Part shown: one piece after another, positions 48,413 through 63,912 of the stretch | How the letters are laid out: each line of letters begins with the position of its first letter | How positions within the stretch are numbered: the first letter of the stretch is position 1 | NCBI GenBank assembly: GCA_009103225.1 | Contig: RHPI01001507.1 | Coordinates: 287,626-351,625 of the forward strand | Origin: Chlorokybus atmophyticus | Lineage: Eukaryota; Plantae; Mesostigma and Chlorokybus algae | DNA: 64,000 nucleotides | Direction: 5' to 3' | Translations under genes and position numbers: made by a program | Notes under the pieces: model-generated | What the model saw: only the letters and a program-made list of their open reading frames with translations | What the model was told of the DNA's origin: nothing | Database searches by the model: none

Positions 48413-51400
48413 GACGACGACTCCACCGCCACCTCCAGAGCAACCTCACCAACAGCACCCGCTACAAAGCTCCATGCTGCACATCCACTCCAATCGCCGG
48501 CACCGCGCAGGCAACCCACCACTACTCAACGGCCAGCAGGTATGCCAAGCCCCTGCCGACAACGGCGGCGGCGGCGGCGGCAGAGCCGGCGATGTCGGCC
48601 GCGGCGGCGCCGGTAGCCGTGGCTTGCAGCGTGTCACAGGCAAAGGCAGAGTTGAGCCTTGAGCGAGGTTAGCAACACAGTCAAGTGCGCTGGGATTGAG
48701 TCAAAGTTTGACAGCGACCAAGAGTTAGGCTTTTCAACCGCTAATTCTTTAACCCGCGCCGTTCAAGATAAGCTTGTCGCGGAAACATGCGAAAAATTAC
48801 TTCGGACAACTGCCGCGCTTCGTCCTGTTGCTGGCAGCAACAGGCTGCAATCCCACTCAGTACAGTGTAGCAATCCGCAACATGACCGAACTGTGACCGA
48901 CAGTGCCGGTCACCTTGCGCGCTTATCTGATGATAACCGTGAGCAAGCCGCTGAAGTCTGGTGAGCAGGTACCAAGTTGGCACTGCGATCGGTTCGTATC
49001 AACCAGAGTACTAACTGAATAGATGTCGGCGTCGTACAAGCCGAGTTGTCACATCGTAATGAAGTGGCTTGCCTGCATAACAAGCCGCCATTTCATGACC
49101 GTGCCACAGGCGCGCGGCGCGGTGAAGTAAAGATTTGCATGCAAAATCCAACGGGACGGGTCGTGCTAGTCTGCCGTTTACTCACCCTTGAGCCGCGGTG
49201 CTGCCGCGAGTTTCACCGTTACCGTTGAGCAACGAGCCATACTGCTCGCAGTGTCGGAAATGTCATGTCTCGCCATGTGGTGGTGGTGGCCTAAGGCCTA
49301 CATTGTTCGTACGGTACCAACGAACGTATTAAAACTACTACCAGCCTCATGCTCCGAATGATGCTCGCATGGCCAATCTTGCCAGCATGAACCCAAGCAA
49401 CCTACGAGCCTCAACCCACAACACATACAGGGTCTAGCATGATAGGGTTCATGCTTCATGTACATGGGGTGGATTATCATGCAAGCCGTGCAGAATCTCA
49501 GTTGTGCGCGTTGCGGCGCGGCCAAAGATTTCATGCATACCAGGTATCTATGGCGCATCAGTTAAGCTTAACCTTAAACTACGGTTTACCTAGCCGAAGG
49601 TATGCTGACTGAGCACTACACAGCGGTACAGCAAACCTCGATCGGTTGGCGACCTTACCTGCGAACATACCTTGATGTGCGTGGTCATGCAGCGCGTCAA
49701 GTGGAAAAAAACAAGTTCCATGAGTTCAAGAACACCGCCAGCCCAACACAGCACTTTAACCCTGTCGTACGGCGATCATGTTGGTCTTCAGGGCGCGGGG
49801 TAGTAGACCATCGCTGGTCGATGGTCTACTACCCCGCGGCTGTACGGTTTACACTAACGTACTTGATAAGGCTACACTCTGAGTGGCACTACACTGTACG
49901 TGGGTGTGGTAGTAGGAGAGGACCTAGACGACAGCAGTGCTATGTTCGCTGCTCCGTGCAGTGTGGGCCTATAGACCGGCAGGCGCCGATAGGTCTAAGC
50001 TCACGGGAACCGGCCTAATTAAGGGCGGCATATTGGAAAGGGAACTTGTGCCATCTGTTTGTGAACTCTTTTGCCAGATATAGCGCTTGCCACAGGTCGC
50101 ACGTTTTGTACAATTCCCAGGACGACAAGCGTTGTGTCGTTTTTCGCGGCGACTGACACCAAGCTGGTGTCCCTACCCGACAGTGCAACTAAAGCACATC
50201 ATCATACAAGGGGACAAGGTTGCCTCCAATTGCGTTGCAGCTTCCATACCATGATGCTGTTTGCATAGCCCCTGTACTTCAGGAGTCCTGAATCAGGACG
50301 GCCGATAAATACTCTGAAGTGGGCTGTTAGCTGTTACCGGTACACTATCATTTGGTGTAAATACTAATGGTAATGCATTATACATCAATTGTGTACAACT
50401 TGAATAGCACCGGTATACTGGACCATGAATTATTGCGAGCGCCTGGACAACATGCGATTCGTACACAAATGATATAAGGTGTTGCAACCGTATTGTAATG
50501 TAATGATATTCTGATCCGAAGCAAGGTTATCAATAGCCTGTTAGTCCATTACATATTCATTAGCACATCAACAATTTAATATATGATTAAACGTTAATGC
50601 CCATCGCCCATAATTAAACTGCATGTTAAATTCAGTTGCAATAGATGCAACACATAATTAATTGTAGCAACAATTCATACAGTGTAAACATTCTTGCAAT
50701 TGCATTACATCGTGCGACACTTCAGTTATTGCTATTCTTACGTGCGTTGAAACACGCGCAATACAGTAAAAACAAGTAGCACTCACGATATGAATGTACT
50801 TAATCACAAATTGGTGCACTTTACGCAGCAATCATTATTTTGATCTCATATGGTTGTTGTATAATATAATTGCCAATGGCGGCCACGAGGCTAGCATATG
50901 TTGGAAGTTGGCATGGTTGAGTGCATATTATGGACAAGTTTGCTTAGCCTTGACATGGCTAAGTCCTTAGTGTACTAGTGGTTATAATATAAGGACTGAT
51001 ATCGAGCAGTTGTGAGTCCAGTGGCCTATATCTGAGCAGTGTGCCACGCAGAGTGTGAGCAAACCGGACACTGTTGGCAACTCCAAACTTGGCTGAGTCT
51101 GGCGCAGGCTGGTGCAGCTCAGAGCTCCAGAAGGATGGCAGGAACTCCGTGTGTAGTTTAAGTGTATATACACTTAAATATGGCGCGTGGCATAGCTTGT
51201 TGGAAAGCGTATGAAGCTATTTATGTGGCAAGACTTACAGCGCCGCGTTTAGCTGAATATAGCTTACGTGGTGCTTGCTAGAATAAACGTGTGTAGAGAC
51301 TGGCGGGGTATAACTTATAACTTATAACTTATAACTTTTGAAAACCCCATGAAGTCATGGTAATTTAAACTTGTACGGAACACAATGTAGCGCGTGTGTC

Positions 51401-51740
51401 AGCCCACTCGACCATGAAGTACAGGTGCTTTTATTGTCGATTTGTGGTTATTTAATGTACCTTCCCAGTACATTGCCCCCCCACTTAAAAACGTTGACGT
51501 CGGCAGCTGCCCCATTCAGCTGAGGAATCATCCCAGGGGTCTGATCAGGGTCGGTCACCAGCCCCACTGCTCAAGAACCGGCTAATTTAGGCCCATACCG
51601 GTCAACGCGCGCATAGCGCGCCGCTGCCGGCCCCACAGGTTGCATCGCGACCAGCAAGTCGCGACCCATCGATGATGGCACTTATAAAGTGACCTTTACG
51701 ATATTACGGGATCGACAAACAACGATCGCGGAATTCGTGT

Positions 51741-51803
51741 GCAAGGCAGGAATCGAACCCGTGACTCAAGCTCCGATGACTAATGTCACAGCCCACACGA
51801 CCA
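51741..51803 (-). other. tRNA-derived SINE-like head / tRNA pseudogene
   Basis: Minus-strand A-box-like TGGTCGTGTGG (51803-51793) and B-box GGTTCGATTCC (51759-51749). No complete cloverleaf acceptor stem. Related A-box block at ~51390-51470. Confidence 0.4.
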
Positions 51804-53593
51804 TATAAAAATTGGTGGTTTTAATTTCAATTTGTGGTTATTCAATGTACCTTGCCGTTACAGCGTGTATGCTTCTGTAAGGCAGTTGCTGTGCATATGC
51901 ATATGCTCGAGGTGTAGCATGTATGTCTCCGTGCTTGCACTACATCCATATGCATGTGTAGTAGCTTGTCCACATCTCAACAGCATGATGCTGTACCACA
52001 GCATTTATGTTGAACATGTATGGTGCAATTGCTGGATAAGTTGAAATCAACTATTTGATGACACTGCAAATAGGTGGTAGTCATTTTTATATTATGATAC
52101 GCAAGCCCACGCATAACCAACATTATATAACCATCAATAGAGACGCGGTAAAGCAAACTCCAAGTTTAAAAGAGGGGCCACTGTAGAGCAACAAGTGTGC
52201 AAGCCTCTCAACACAATGCAACACACTCAATTTGCATGGGGGCCAAGGCAGAGTTAACTTGGCTACAACTGACAAAGGTCTAGGCGAGGATCGCTTCATT
52301 TACTAAGACAACCCTCAAGCAGCAGCAGTAGAGAGCAGGGGCAACAGCAAGGAGTAGGATAACCTGCAGAGAGAGCGCGGCAAGAGGCAGAGGTCAGGCC
52401 CGGGCTAGCTTATATAGCAGCAAGCATGATGCCGATAACGACGATGATAAAACTGACGCATAGACTTATATATATATATATATGCGCATTCTTATACAAA
52501 TATGTGTTCATTATCATGGGCATCTACACGCGCAAGCATCACACTTGCGTAAGCGCATGTGCTCTTGCATAGAAGTTGTTGTTATGAGGCAAGACGTTGT
52601 GTTGGATCTTAACCACAATCACATGAAAATGTGTTATCTTCAGGTAATTGTATATAGCATAAGTAACAGTTGCTAATATGTATCTTGATTAATGTTTATA
52701 TAATCACTCATTGCCTAGCTTCATGCCGCATGATGCATACAATGGTATGATGGTGATGTGCTGTGCTGCACTGCCTGGTGACTTGCTGCTATGCATGACT
52801 GCATGATATGCAGTGCCAGCTGTGTAAATGCACTTTTTATATGCTTGTATTCAGGCTGCTGGCTGTTAATTGCTGTTTGTTGCTATTGCATTGCTATGCA
52901 TGGATCCGTTGGCACTTCCCAACTGGAAGCGGAAAGTGGTTGATGTTGGTGTGGTGGCTAAGGCTGCAGGTGTTACAAGATGTACACGAAAACGGGTCTT
53001 ACACTGCAACAGCAATTCTATCCTCCTAAGACTGGCGGCGGGCGATACACAAGTACTGCACCAGCACTACACACTTCACCCATCACGCCACCCTCAACCC
53101 GTGTCGCGCTGTGCTGTTTTGCTCGTTGCTGCTGCTGGTAGAGGGTCCAACCATCAGCGCCTGTTGCTTTCGGTTAGTTGCTGTACTTGCTGTCTGGCCC
53201 TGCTGCCCTGCACTGCTCTACTTCAACCACCCCACCCCATTGCCAACTTGCATGCAAGCACTTAGCAACGCATTAAGTTAGCGTGTGCCCCTGCTTGTGG
53301 AATAAAGTTCTGCTCTGCCTTGCTCTTGTTTGCTGCTTGCATTGCTATTGTTTACTTGCTTGCGATGCATCCGCAACTCAGATAAGCCTATACAATGATT
53401 GTGTGCAAGTAGCTACGAGTCGTATTCATGTGCTCGTAACCGTACTCGTGACCGTACTCGTGACTTTACCAGTGCATCTCACAGAATGTGTAAGTTCATA
53501 ATGCATTATGAAGTTGAAACCTTGCCTAAAAGCCGTAAGTCTTGCCCGACGCAATTCTCATGTTGAAACTATTCATGACATTGCTCGCGCCCC

Positions 53594-53869
53594 NNNNNNN
53601 NNNNNNNNNNNNNNNNNNNNNNNNNNNNNNNNNNNNNNNNNNNNNNNNNNNNNNNNNNNNNNNNNNNNNNNNNNNNNNNNNNNNNNNNNNNNNNNNNNNN
53701 NNNNNNNNNNNNNNNNNNNNNNNNNNNNNNNNNNNNNNNNNNNNNNNNNNNNNNNNNNNNNNNNNNNNNNNNNNNNNNNNNNNNNNNNNNNNNNNNNNNN
53801 NNNNNNNNNNNNNNNNNNNNNNNNNNNNNNNNNNNNNNNNNNNNNNNNNNNNNNNNNNNNNNNNNNNNN
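53594..53869. other. Assembly gap (276 N) flanked by C-runs
   Basis: N run. Confidence 0.99.
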
Positions 53870-54283
53870 CCCCCCCCCCCCCCCCCCCCCCCCATCATAT
53901 GGCAAGATACACGACATGATTTCCAAGCATACATGAATTGTTATGGTGGTTTGCATGCATTGCGTGTCATGTGGCCATGCACTACCTGGTACCTGCCAAT
54001 GAGGCTCGCGACAGACTAGCGGCAACAGCGCATTATTGATGAATATCTCGTCCACACTGTAACGGAACTCAAAGTCTCATGAAGAGACTCCTGCTGCCAA
54101 AGCGGGTTGCCGCATGGAGGGGCACAGATACTAGGCGGCGCCAAGTTGGCATATACTTTGTACGGTAACAAGCGGGTGACCGCATACGTGCCAGGACAGG
54201 GTTTCCACACTGGGCTGGCTAAAAAGTTTAGTGTGGTCTGGTCAGGCTTGTGCTTGCGCTCCTTCTTCTTGCCATCCGTCACC

Positions 54284-56464
54284 ATGAAGGCCGTCTGCGT
54301 GCTGCAAGGCACATCCAATGTCGGCGGCGTCATCACCTTTGAGCAGTCCTCTCCAGGTACGACCATGTCTCTCTTCTTGTGGCCTGGCTTGGCCCGGCCC
54401 GGCCTGGCCTGGCCTGGCCTGGTCGTGCCAGGCTGGTTAAATTAAACGTAGAAAGGCGGTACACGCTCGCTTGCCAGTGTTGACGGTGTCACGTCATGCC
54501 CGGTTGCCAACTCAGTACAGCAGTGCATGCAAGCCCAACCCATCACCTCAACTGCTGCCTTACATGCATGGTGCTGTTTAGAGAGAGTTTGTTTCTTTCT
54601 GTTGGCTTTTGTGCATGCCTGCGCGCTTTGGTATGTGTTCGTTTGTTTGCTTATTGGAAGTTAGCGAACAGTTAGCTTGCGCTCATAGGTCCTTGCCAGC
54701 ATACACGCACATGAACAGCTAACAAGCTGTGGTGACAAGTTGATGGCACGCAGATGCTCCTGTGACTCTGTCCGGCTCCATCAACGGTCTGACTCCCGGT
54801 CGGCACGGCTTCCACGTGCACGAGCACGGCGATACCACCAACGGCTGCGTGTCCACAGGCATGGCAACAAAGTTACCCTTGGTTCTGCACTTTGTGATTC
54901 GCTTGACTCTCAAGTGCATTCCACACTTTACTGATGCTTCACTCCGTTCTTGTCACAGTCCAACCGACACTCATTGTATAGTACTCGTGCTCAATTCAAT
55001 TCAAACCTTTGTCTCCAATGCAAGCTGCACTTGCATTGGAGACAAAGGTTGCATTTCGTACTACAGATGTCTGTTGCAATTGCTGCTGTTACCAGCAGGT
55101 AGTTGCAAGTTGCATGTAGCATTTATGCATGCTTTATTATATCCTGTAGCCAGTTTGGATAATAGCCTGGTTGAGTTTGCGCATGTGCATGGCCACACAC
55201 TACATGACAATATTTCCTACTGCAGCCTGGTTGAATTTGTACTATGGTTTGTACTATAATGTGACGTGGTTAGGGTATGTGCATGCATGGCAACAAGTGC
55301 ATGCGCACAAGCAAGCTTGACTACACCCTTTCAGTTAGTACGCATTTAGTTTGCTCTGACAGAGCGCTGTTAGGGTTGTATGCTGGCATGGGGTTTTGGC
55401 CCTGCACATGCGCAATTGTTCTGAGCGTGTTTGCCGATTGTTGTTGGTGTTCGTCAACTGCTTCTGTTCAGGAACCCATTTCAATCCCGAGAAGGCTACG
55501 CATGGTGGCCCGACCGACCCTGTTCGCCATGTCGGCGACCTCGGCAATCTGGAGGCTGGAGCAGATTGTAAGCCATTTTGTGTCGTGCATTTGTGCTTGC
55601 GCGATGGCGCGCATGCGTGTGTGCACCATAGGTTCTGCATGTTTAGGCTGGACAAGACTGTACGCCACTTTTCTCTTAGCATGCACTCACGCATGCGTGA
55701 ACATAATCATGCATGCATGTCTGGAAGGTTGTGTCGGCTCATGGAACGGCATTCTTGTGCTTGTGTTCTTGTTTGCAATGCGCGGTCTGCAGCCTTGGAA
55801 AACTTAACACTGCATGCATGCACAGAGCGTTGTGTCAGGCATGCATTTGCTGTTGTGTTGATGCATGCACTGTTGTGTTCTGCTTGCATCTATGCACCGT
55901 CGTGTGGGAATGTCAAAAGAGTATTTTGCCTCAAAGCAACTCACGCGCTTGTGTTTGATATGTATCTTGCAGCTGTTGCGAACGTGAGCATCACCGATAG
56001 CAAGGTACGCTGCAATCTGTTTCAGGCTGATCAAGCTTGTGCACGTGCTGTCGTCACTGTTGGTAACACATGTCAGTCATTATTGGTTGTCGCTCATATC
56101 TTGCTTCTTGCAGATTACTCTGATGGGCCCCAACTCCATCCTTGGACGGGCGATGGTGGTTCATGAAAAGGAGGATGACCTTGGCAAAGGCAAGCAGTGT
56201 TTGATGGAGACAGGCAGAGTTTGTACACATGAAACAACTCGTCCGGGAGAGTGTCTTTCTAACATAACATGGCATGAATTGATTTACTCAGGCAATAATG
56301 AAGAGAGCAAGAAGACAGGCAATGCTGGCGGTCGCCTTGCTTGCGGTGAGTGTTAACAACTAGTGCGTAGAGCAGAGGATGCGCTGTTGTTGTGGTGGTG
56401 GCGGTGTATCACTTCATATGTGATTGCCCCTGCAGGTGTCATTGGCATCCAGTCCAGTGCATAA
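54284..56464 (+). CDS. SOD1: Cu/Zn superoxide dismutase, no transit peptide, 7 exons
   Basis: MKAVCVLQG..., [19 protein letters not shown]|THFNP...THGGP...[30 protein letters not shown]|[18 protein letters not shown]|VIGIQSSA*. All Cu/Zn ligands, both disulfide Cys and the active-site Arg are present. Confidence 0.96.
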
Positions 56465-56673
56465 GCGTGCCAACGCAGTAGTACCTGGCAACCAAGACGC
56501 ATGTGTGCCCGGAGCTTCATTATGTAAATACTGCTGTAAGCCAGACATTACCCTTTGGGTGACGCCACTCAGTCCGTCGTGGTTTTGGCTGTGGACATAT
56601 TGTGTTGTAGTGTTGTCGTTTGTGGGCAGGAAGCACACTCACAATGTGATTGTCAGGAGTGGCGGGGAGGGGN

Positions 56674-58664
<1,991 letters not shown>

Positions 58665-60201
58665 ACTGCAACGCAATAATCACTCAACGGGCCATGTGTG
58701 TTTGAAATCTTGACACGACACAATGCGATAAGCCCCCAATAAACTGTCAAGTCAGAAAAAGGTCTGTGGATACAATGCACCGCAGCAAATGTGGTTGGAG
58801 CGTCACACCACCGCGTCAGCTCATAGCTATAGTATTAACAACACTCACTGACCACGGGGTCAAGTGAGGCCCATCAGCCGGCTGCGGGCAAGCACACCGT
58901 GATGAGCGAAAGTAGTAGAAGAAACACATGTTGGGGTGACTAGCAGCTCTCCCAATAACAATAGTAACAACCACAAACAGTTGCGCTACATGCAAACTGA
59001 AATTGTAATTGTAATGCAATTGTTCTCTCTGTGACTGCCTGCAGGAATGCACGTATGTGCACACTGCTGCAGACACAATGACGGCCGAGGCAGCGTTAAC
59101 GCCAGCAGCAAGCAAGGTGTGTGGGCAACTTTGCGCTGTCATTGCTAGTGTCATCAAGGGGAGTTGTGTTGCTGACGACGCAGTACGTTGTCTCCTCGCA
59201 CATGTTGTAGAATTTTCTCCAGAACCCACCATGCTGAAGGCAGGATTGATGTTTGAGGTTGCCCCAAAGAAGGATGGCCATATGCAAGCGCAAACATGCC
59301 GCATGCTGGCCTCCCCAGCTACCAGGGCGGGGAATGGCGTGTCGACCAAGTTGGAACACAGTTGTCACACCTATGGTTGGGAATGAAAGCAGCAAACCAA
59401 AGCATAAGCTTGCTGCTGTAAAGCCAAGTGTGGTGTGACGCACACATGCGGGCATCCTTGAAGAATAACTCACTTGCTTAGTGTTGTGTCCCATTGTTTA
59501 TGCCAAAGGGATAGAAGTCCTCCACGGTGAAGGGCGGAGGTGCAGGCAATAAGCAGCACCAATGACAGCGCCAACGGCGGTAAAGTAGATAAGGCCCGAA
59601 CCCTGGCTGGACACATGCAGCAAGTGCAACAAATCAGTGGCATGCAGCACAACAGGAACGGCAGGAAGCTAGTTCTATTGTGTTCTTGTGTTCAAACCCA
59701 ACCCAACTCAAGTCAACTTTTAAGCTTGCTTTTCTGCTGCATACAGATAGGCGCATGCGGACAGGAGAGCAGAGTGACATACAACTCTCTATGAGCCATC
59801 TATAAGGCACATAACAACGCGAGTGCAACAGATGAGCTGCATGCAGTATGGAATGGTCTACACCATGCATGCTTCTGCGGACAGCAACGCATCCCAGCCA
59901 GAGAGTAGGCAGGTCAATCCGAGAAAGTGCGCATACCGACATGCGGAAGGCAGACCTCGTTGGTCGCAGGACGACTAACCACCACAGCAGCAAGCGGAAG
60001 CAAGCATGACAGCCATGCACCGCACAGCAGCCCGCATTGCTGCCACCTCCGATGCTACGGTGCCAGCCTACAGCAGCCGTCAGCAGCTGTTGACTTGCGA
60101 TGTCCTGCTACCTCAAGCTGCAGCACTACGCCTTCTTGTCAACTGAGGCAATGCAACATCGCTAATACATCCTGGGATGTTGGCGTGACATCACCGTTGG
60201 C

Positions 60202-61101
60202 TCATCGCGCTTGACGTGCCTCTGCGAGCTCCTGTTGCCAGGAAACAAACTCAGGAAATCTTGTGTGCCAGGAGGCTGCAAGGCAGACCAGGGTTGAGGC
60301 GGCCATGGGAACTGCATGTTGCCGACACAACAACATATGGTCGAGCACATTGTCTCTACATGTGAATGTCTTATTCCATGCAGGCATCGACCACGTGCTT
60401 CGCTCTACCTCCATGAACTCGGTAGCTAGCCGCTTGGAGCGTGTTTATAACCGCTCACATGATAGCAGAACAATCACTCTTGGATGACACTTGAAAATCT
60501 GCATGGCAAGGTGCCTGTCACCCAGGTTGTAAGACACAAAGGCGTCTAGAAAGGTCTGAAGCTTGCTGCGCATGGAGGCATCATTGTTGCAGACTAGCTC
60601 CAGGCATTGTTTCAGCAACGCGACCATCTGTGCGTGGTCAACTGCCAAAAACATATGCCAGGCAGTGAATCTTTCAGCGACAACCTCCAGTGTGAGAGTA
60701 AGTATGTGAGGAGCTCTGCGCAGCGTAATGCAAAGGTCCTTGACACTGATGCTCAACAGCGCCTGGAGCCTTCAGGTTGTTTGCACAAGTCTCAGGACGT
60801 TGCTGGAGAATAAAATTGCATGCGTTGCTGATCTTTTGTTGACACCAGGAATCAACCTTTAAACCTAAGATGCGACAAGCTTAACCACAAGCACCCGTGA
60901 ACGAAATTTAAGCAAATTAACACATTGTACCTCATAGAGTCGTCGCTTCAGCTCCTTGGGATTGCGGTAAAGTGAAAAGGACATGCCTTGCGCTATTAAC
61001 ATCGCCACTCGATGCGGGGGGAGAGATAACCCCTCCCAAAATTGGTGCACAGCTTGCTGCTCGGCTTTTAACCATTGAGGCATTGGAGGCCTGCCCCCGT
61101 T
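60202..61101 (-). pseudogene. Probable mTERF-like helical-repeat pseudogene, truncated 5' by the TIR element
   Basis: Coding-like exon ...SLYRNPKELKRRLYE|gtac, then (frameshift) LQALLSISVKDLCITLRRAPHILTLTLE...FKCHPRVIVLLSCERL*TRSKRL (in-frame TAA). The x-x-P-x-I-L repeats resemble mTERF; family call is tentative. Confidence 0.4.
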
Positions 61102-62348
61102 GTCGCAAAATGTTTCCCCTGCCGGCCGACAGAATTTTGGCAACGGCGGTGCACCTGAGGATACTCATTTTTACCGTCGACCTTCAGTCTACCGGCGATC
61201 TCAATACAGGGACCTGAGCATGACGGCCGTCATCATTAGTTGGCGGCCGTCTGCATAAAGGGACTGACCCTAATTAATAGGTGCCTGTCAGGTACTCAAC
61301 AGTTAAGCAAAGGGGACTTGACCTAACTAACGAATAACTGACCGGTACCTATCAGTTGGGTACCGGCGAATGTACGCTAACTGAGCGAAATTGTCAGGTA
61401 CCTTAAGGTACCTAAAGTTAATGATGTGTACTCTTAAAGCTATCTGCTGGTACCGCTCAGTCATGATTAGGTGTCACACATGATTGTCGTCATCAGCTGT
61501 GTAAGAATGCGTGACAAATAATAAAAAAATAAAAAATAAATTACAATGTAATATACTGAGCTACTACTACTGCTAGTATAACCAGACTACCACTACTGCT
61601 ACTACTACCTTAGGTACTGCTGCTAGTACTACCCTTGTACTGAGCTGCGGCTCCTGCACCGCCCGCTCCAGCTCCGCCGCCGCCGTTCCTTCTCCACCGC
61701 CGCTGCCGCCGCCTGGCCTGGTCTGGCCTAGCCTGGCCTGGCCTGGCCGCTCTAAGGCAAGGAGGGTGGTCAGATGGCATGCGGTGTTGCGCGTAGTACA
61801 ACGCCAGACAGCAACCAAGCTCACCTACTGTTAGCCGTTGCCGCCGCCGTTGCCGCCGCCGCCGCCGCCCACAACGCTTGGTTCAACTTGAAGCCGTTGA
61901 GCGTTTGAATAACTTGAGCAGCCCAAGTTATTCAAATGCGTTGTCGAAACGTGACTCGCAACGGCATTATCGTATTATTATAATGGCACGAAAGTACCGT
62001 TGTCGCAATGGCACTATCGTACCATTAGTATACTAGTGGTACGATAGTGCCATTGCGACAATGGCATTGGTCGTACCATTGACATAGTACGTCGGCTGCA
62101 TTGTACCAGCGTCTCGACTTGCCGGCCGGTACCACCGTCCCAACTTGCCGACCTTTTGGGACCGGCGGTCACTTGCTTATCATACTTGACACACAATAAG
62201 TAGGTCGCCGCCGCGTTAAGTGCACGACCGGCGATCGGCCGTCACTTAATAAATGCGGTAAGGTCACCTGATAGGGACTAACGGTGACTGGCTTGCCAAA
62301 GTAGGCAGGCCGTCGCGCATACTTTTCGATGGTCAGGGTACGATCGAC
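61102..62348. mobile_element. Second copy of the non-autonomous TIR element (inverted relative to 22529-24114; ends at an N)
   Basis: Begins GTCGCAAAATGTTTCCCCTGCCGGCC and aligns as reverse complement to ~24113-22820. Confidence 0.88.
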
Positions 62349-63079
62349 NTGTGTTACTGAGTGTATGTATGGTGGCTATTTTATGTGTGTATACTAGTAC
62401 AGTCACAGCGTAACACGCTAACCACAGCACAATAGTGTCTTAAATCATTATACACACGGCTCACGCACCACATTGCACTCGCAATTGTGACCTGCGTGCA
62501 CGCAATCCTTCCCACCCCACCCCACACCGTCTCAGTCGCTGACAACCGCTCATGGCGCTACCTCCATGCCGCCTTCGCGTGCTTTGTTTTCGCCGTTGCG
62601 CCCTGGCTTCGCTCAGCTCATACAAGTCTATGTGAGCACCGCATCCGCCATGGATTGCTGAGAGTGTAAATCACTGTTGCGTTGATTATGTAAGTGTTGC
62701 CATTTGATGACTAATTGTTCTTATAAGGCCCGTTCTGCCTGACTCTATGGATGTACTTAGATCAGGATAGGTCTTCACCAAGCCTTGCGGATAGTGTTGC
62801 ATGTTTGGTTGTTGGTTAACTCGTGTTGTGTCGACGGCGCATACACAACGCTGAGGGCTAGCACTGTGCCCGGGTCTTCTCGCGCCACATTGTGTTAGGT
62901 GCGCCGCAGCCACATCTATTACCCTCCAGTTTGCACGACAATGAATTTTGCATTAATCACAGACGCACAGTGGGTACCAGTCATGTCCATAGCTATGCCT
63001 AAGCGCACACATCACAACAACAACGTCCAGCACAGAGCCACCCACAGCGGCGCACACTAGCACGCTAGCCCGCACGCAA

Positions 63080-63430
63080 CTACCCGCGCTCCGCAGCGCC
63101 TGCGAGGACCGCATCCTCCTCCGCCGTCGGGGGCACCGTCTGTAGTGGCGCCCATCCCGGCACAGCCGCCATAGCCGCTGCACCCCGCTTGAGCAACGCC
63201 AACGCCTGCGCTCGCTGCAGGGCGCAGGCCACCCTCTGACGATACATGGCCACGAACCCGCCTAGACGGCCGAGGGCTAGGCCACGCGTGTAGACTGCCT
63301 GCCGGGCGCACTTCGCAAGCAGCGCGTTGAACGCCCAAGGTCCCCTGCGTCTCTGCCGCCAGCGGTATAAACTCGTCCGTGGGCGGGTGGGCGGCGTACT
63401 TGCGCCGCTTCGCCTGCTCCGCCTCCAGTT
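63080..63430 (-). mobile_element. 3' fragment of a CRE-like (RLE) non-LTR retrotransposon
   Basis: AEQAKRRKYAAHPPTDEFIPLAAETQGTLG, then a frameshift to FNALLAKCARQA...FVAMYRQRVACALQRAQALALLKRG...*; GTT-repeat tail downstream. Confidence 0.65.
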
Positions 63431-63908
63431 TGACCTTGTGAGCTAAGATGCTTGCATTGTACAAAACTGCGATGCATGCCACTGGGTTGCTATGTGTTGC
63501 CAATGCCGTTAATGCATGTCATAAGTTCTGTACCAATATAGTTGCTTGTGGATACGCAATAGCACCTCGCACAACCTATACATCACAACCATACCAGTAT
63601 AATGGTTTAACAGCAAGCATAATACATTGTGATAGTGGGTAGTACGTGGCTTTCCAAAAGTGTTGCGGTGTCCCATGAACCTTATCTTAGCAACTGAACA
63701 ATAAGCAAGCACAAATAACCAATAATAGCTAGGAAACTCGCACATGAATTCCTTATAATATTTGCAACTCTCTCTTGCCATTGGTCTGGTGCGCTCTGTA
63801 ATATATTATACAAATCTCAATAAAACCAAATGCTTGGTGCTCTGCTCGCAAGTAACAAGAAAAAAAAGTAAATATATAAAAATAAATATATATATATATA
63901 TATATGTA

Positions 63909-63912
<4 letters not shown>

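Noticed and set aside
53980-54500. GTAC motifs near SOD as copper-response elements
   Set aside because: The 4-mer is abundant throughout the window; no enrichment shown.
62690-62950. Cys-containing, stop-riddled coding-like stretch on the minus strand
   Set aside because: No recognisable motif; cannot assign.
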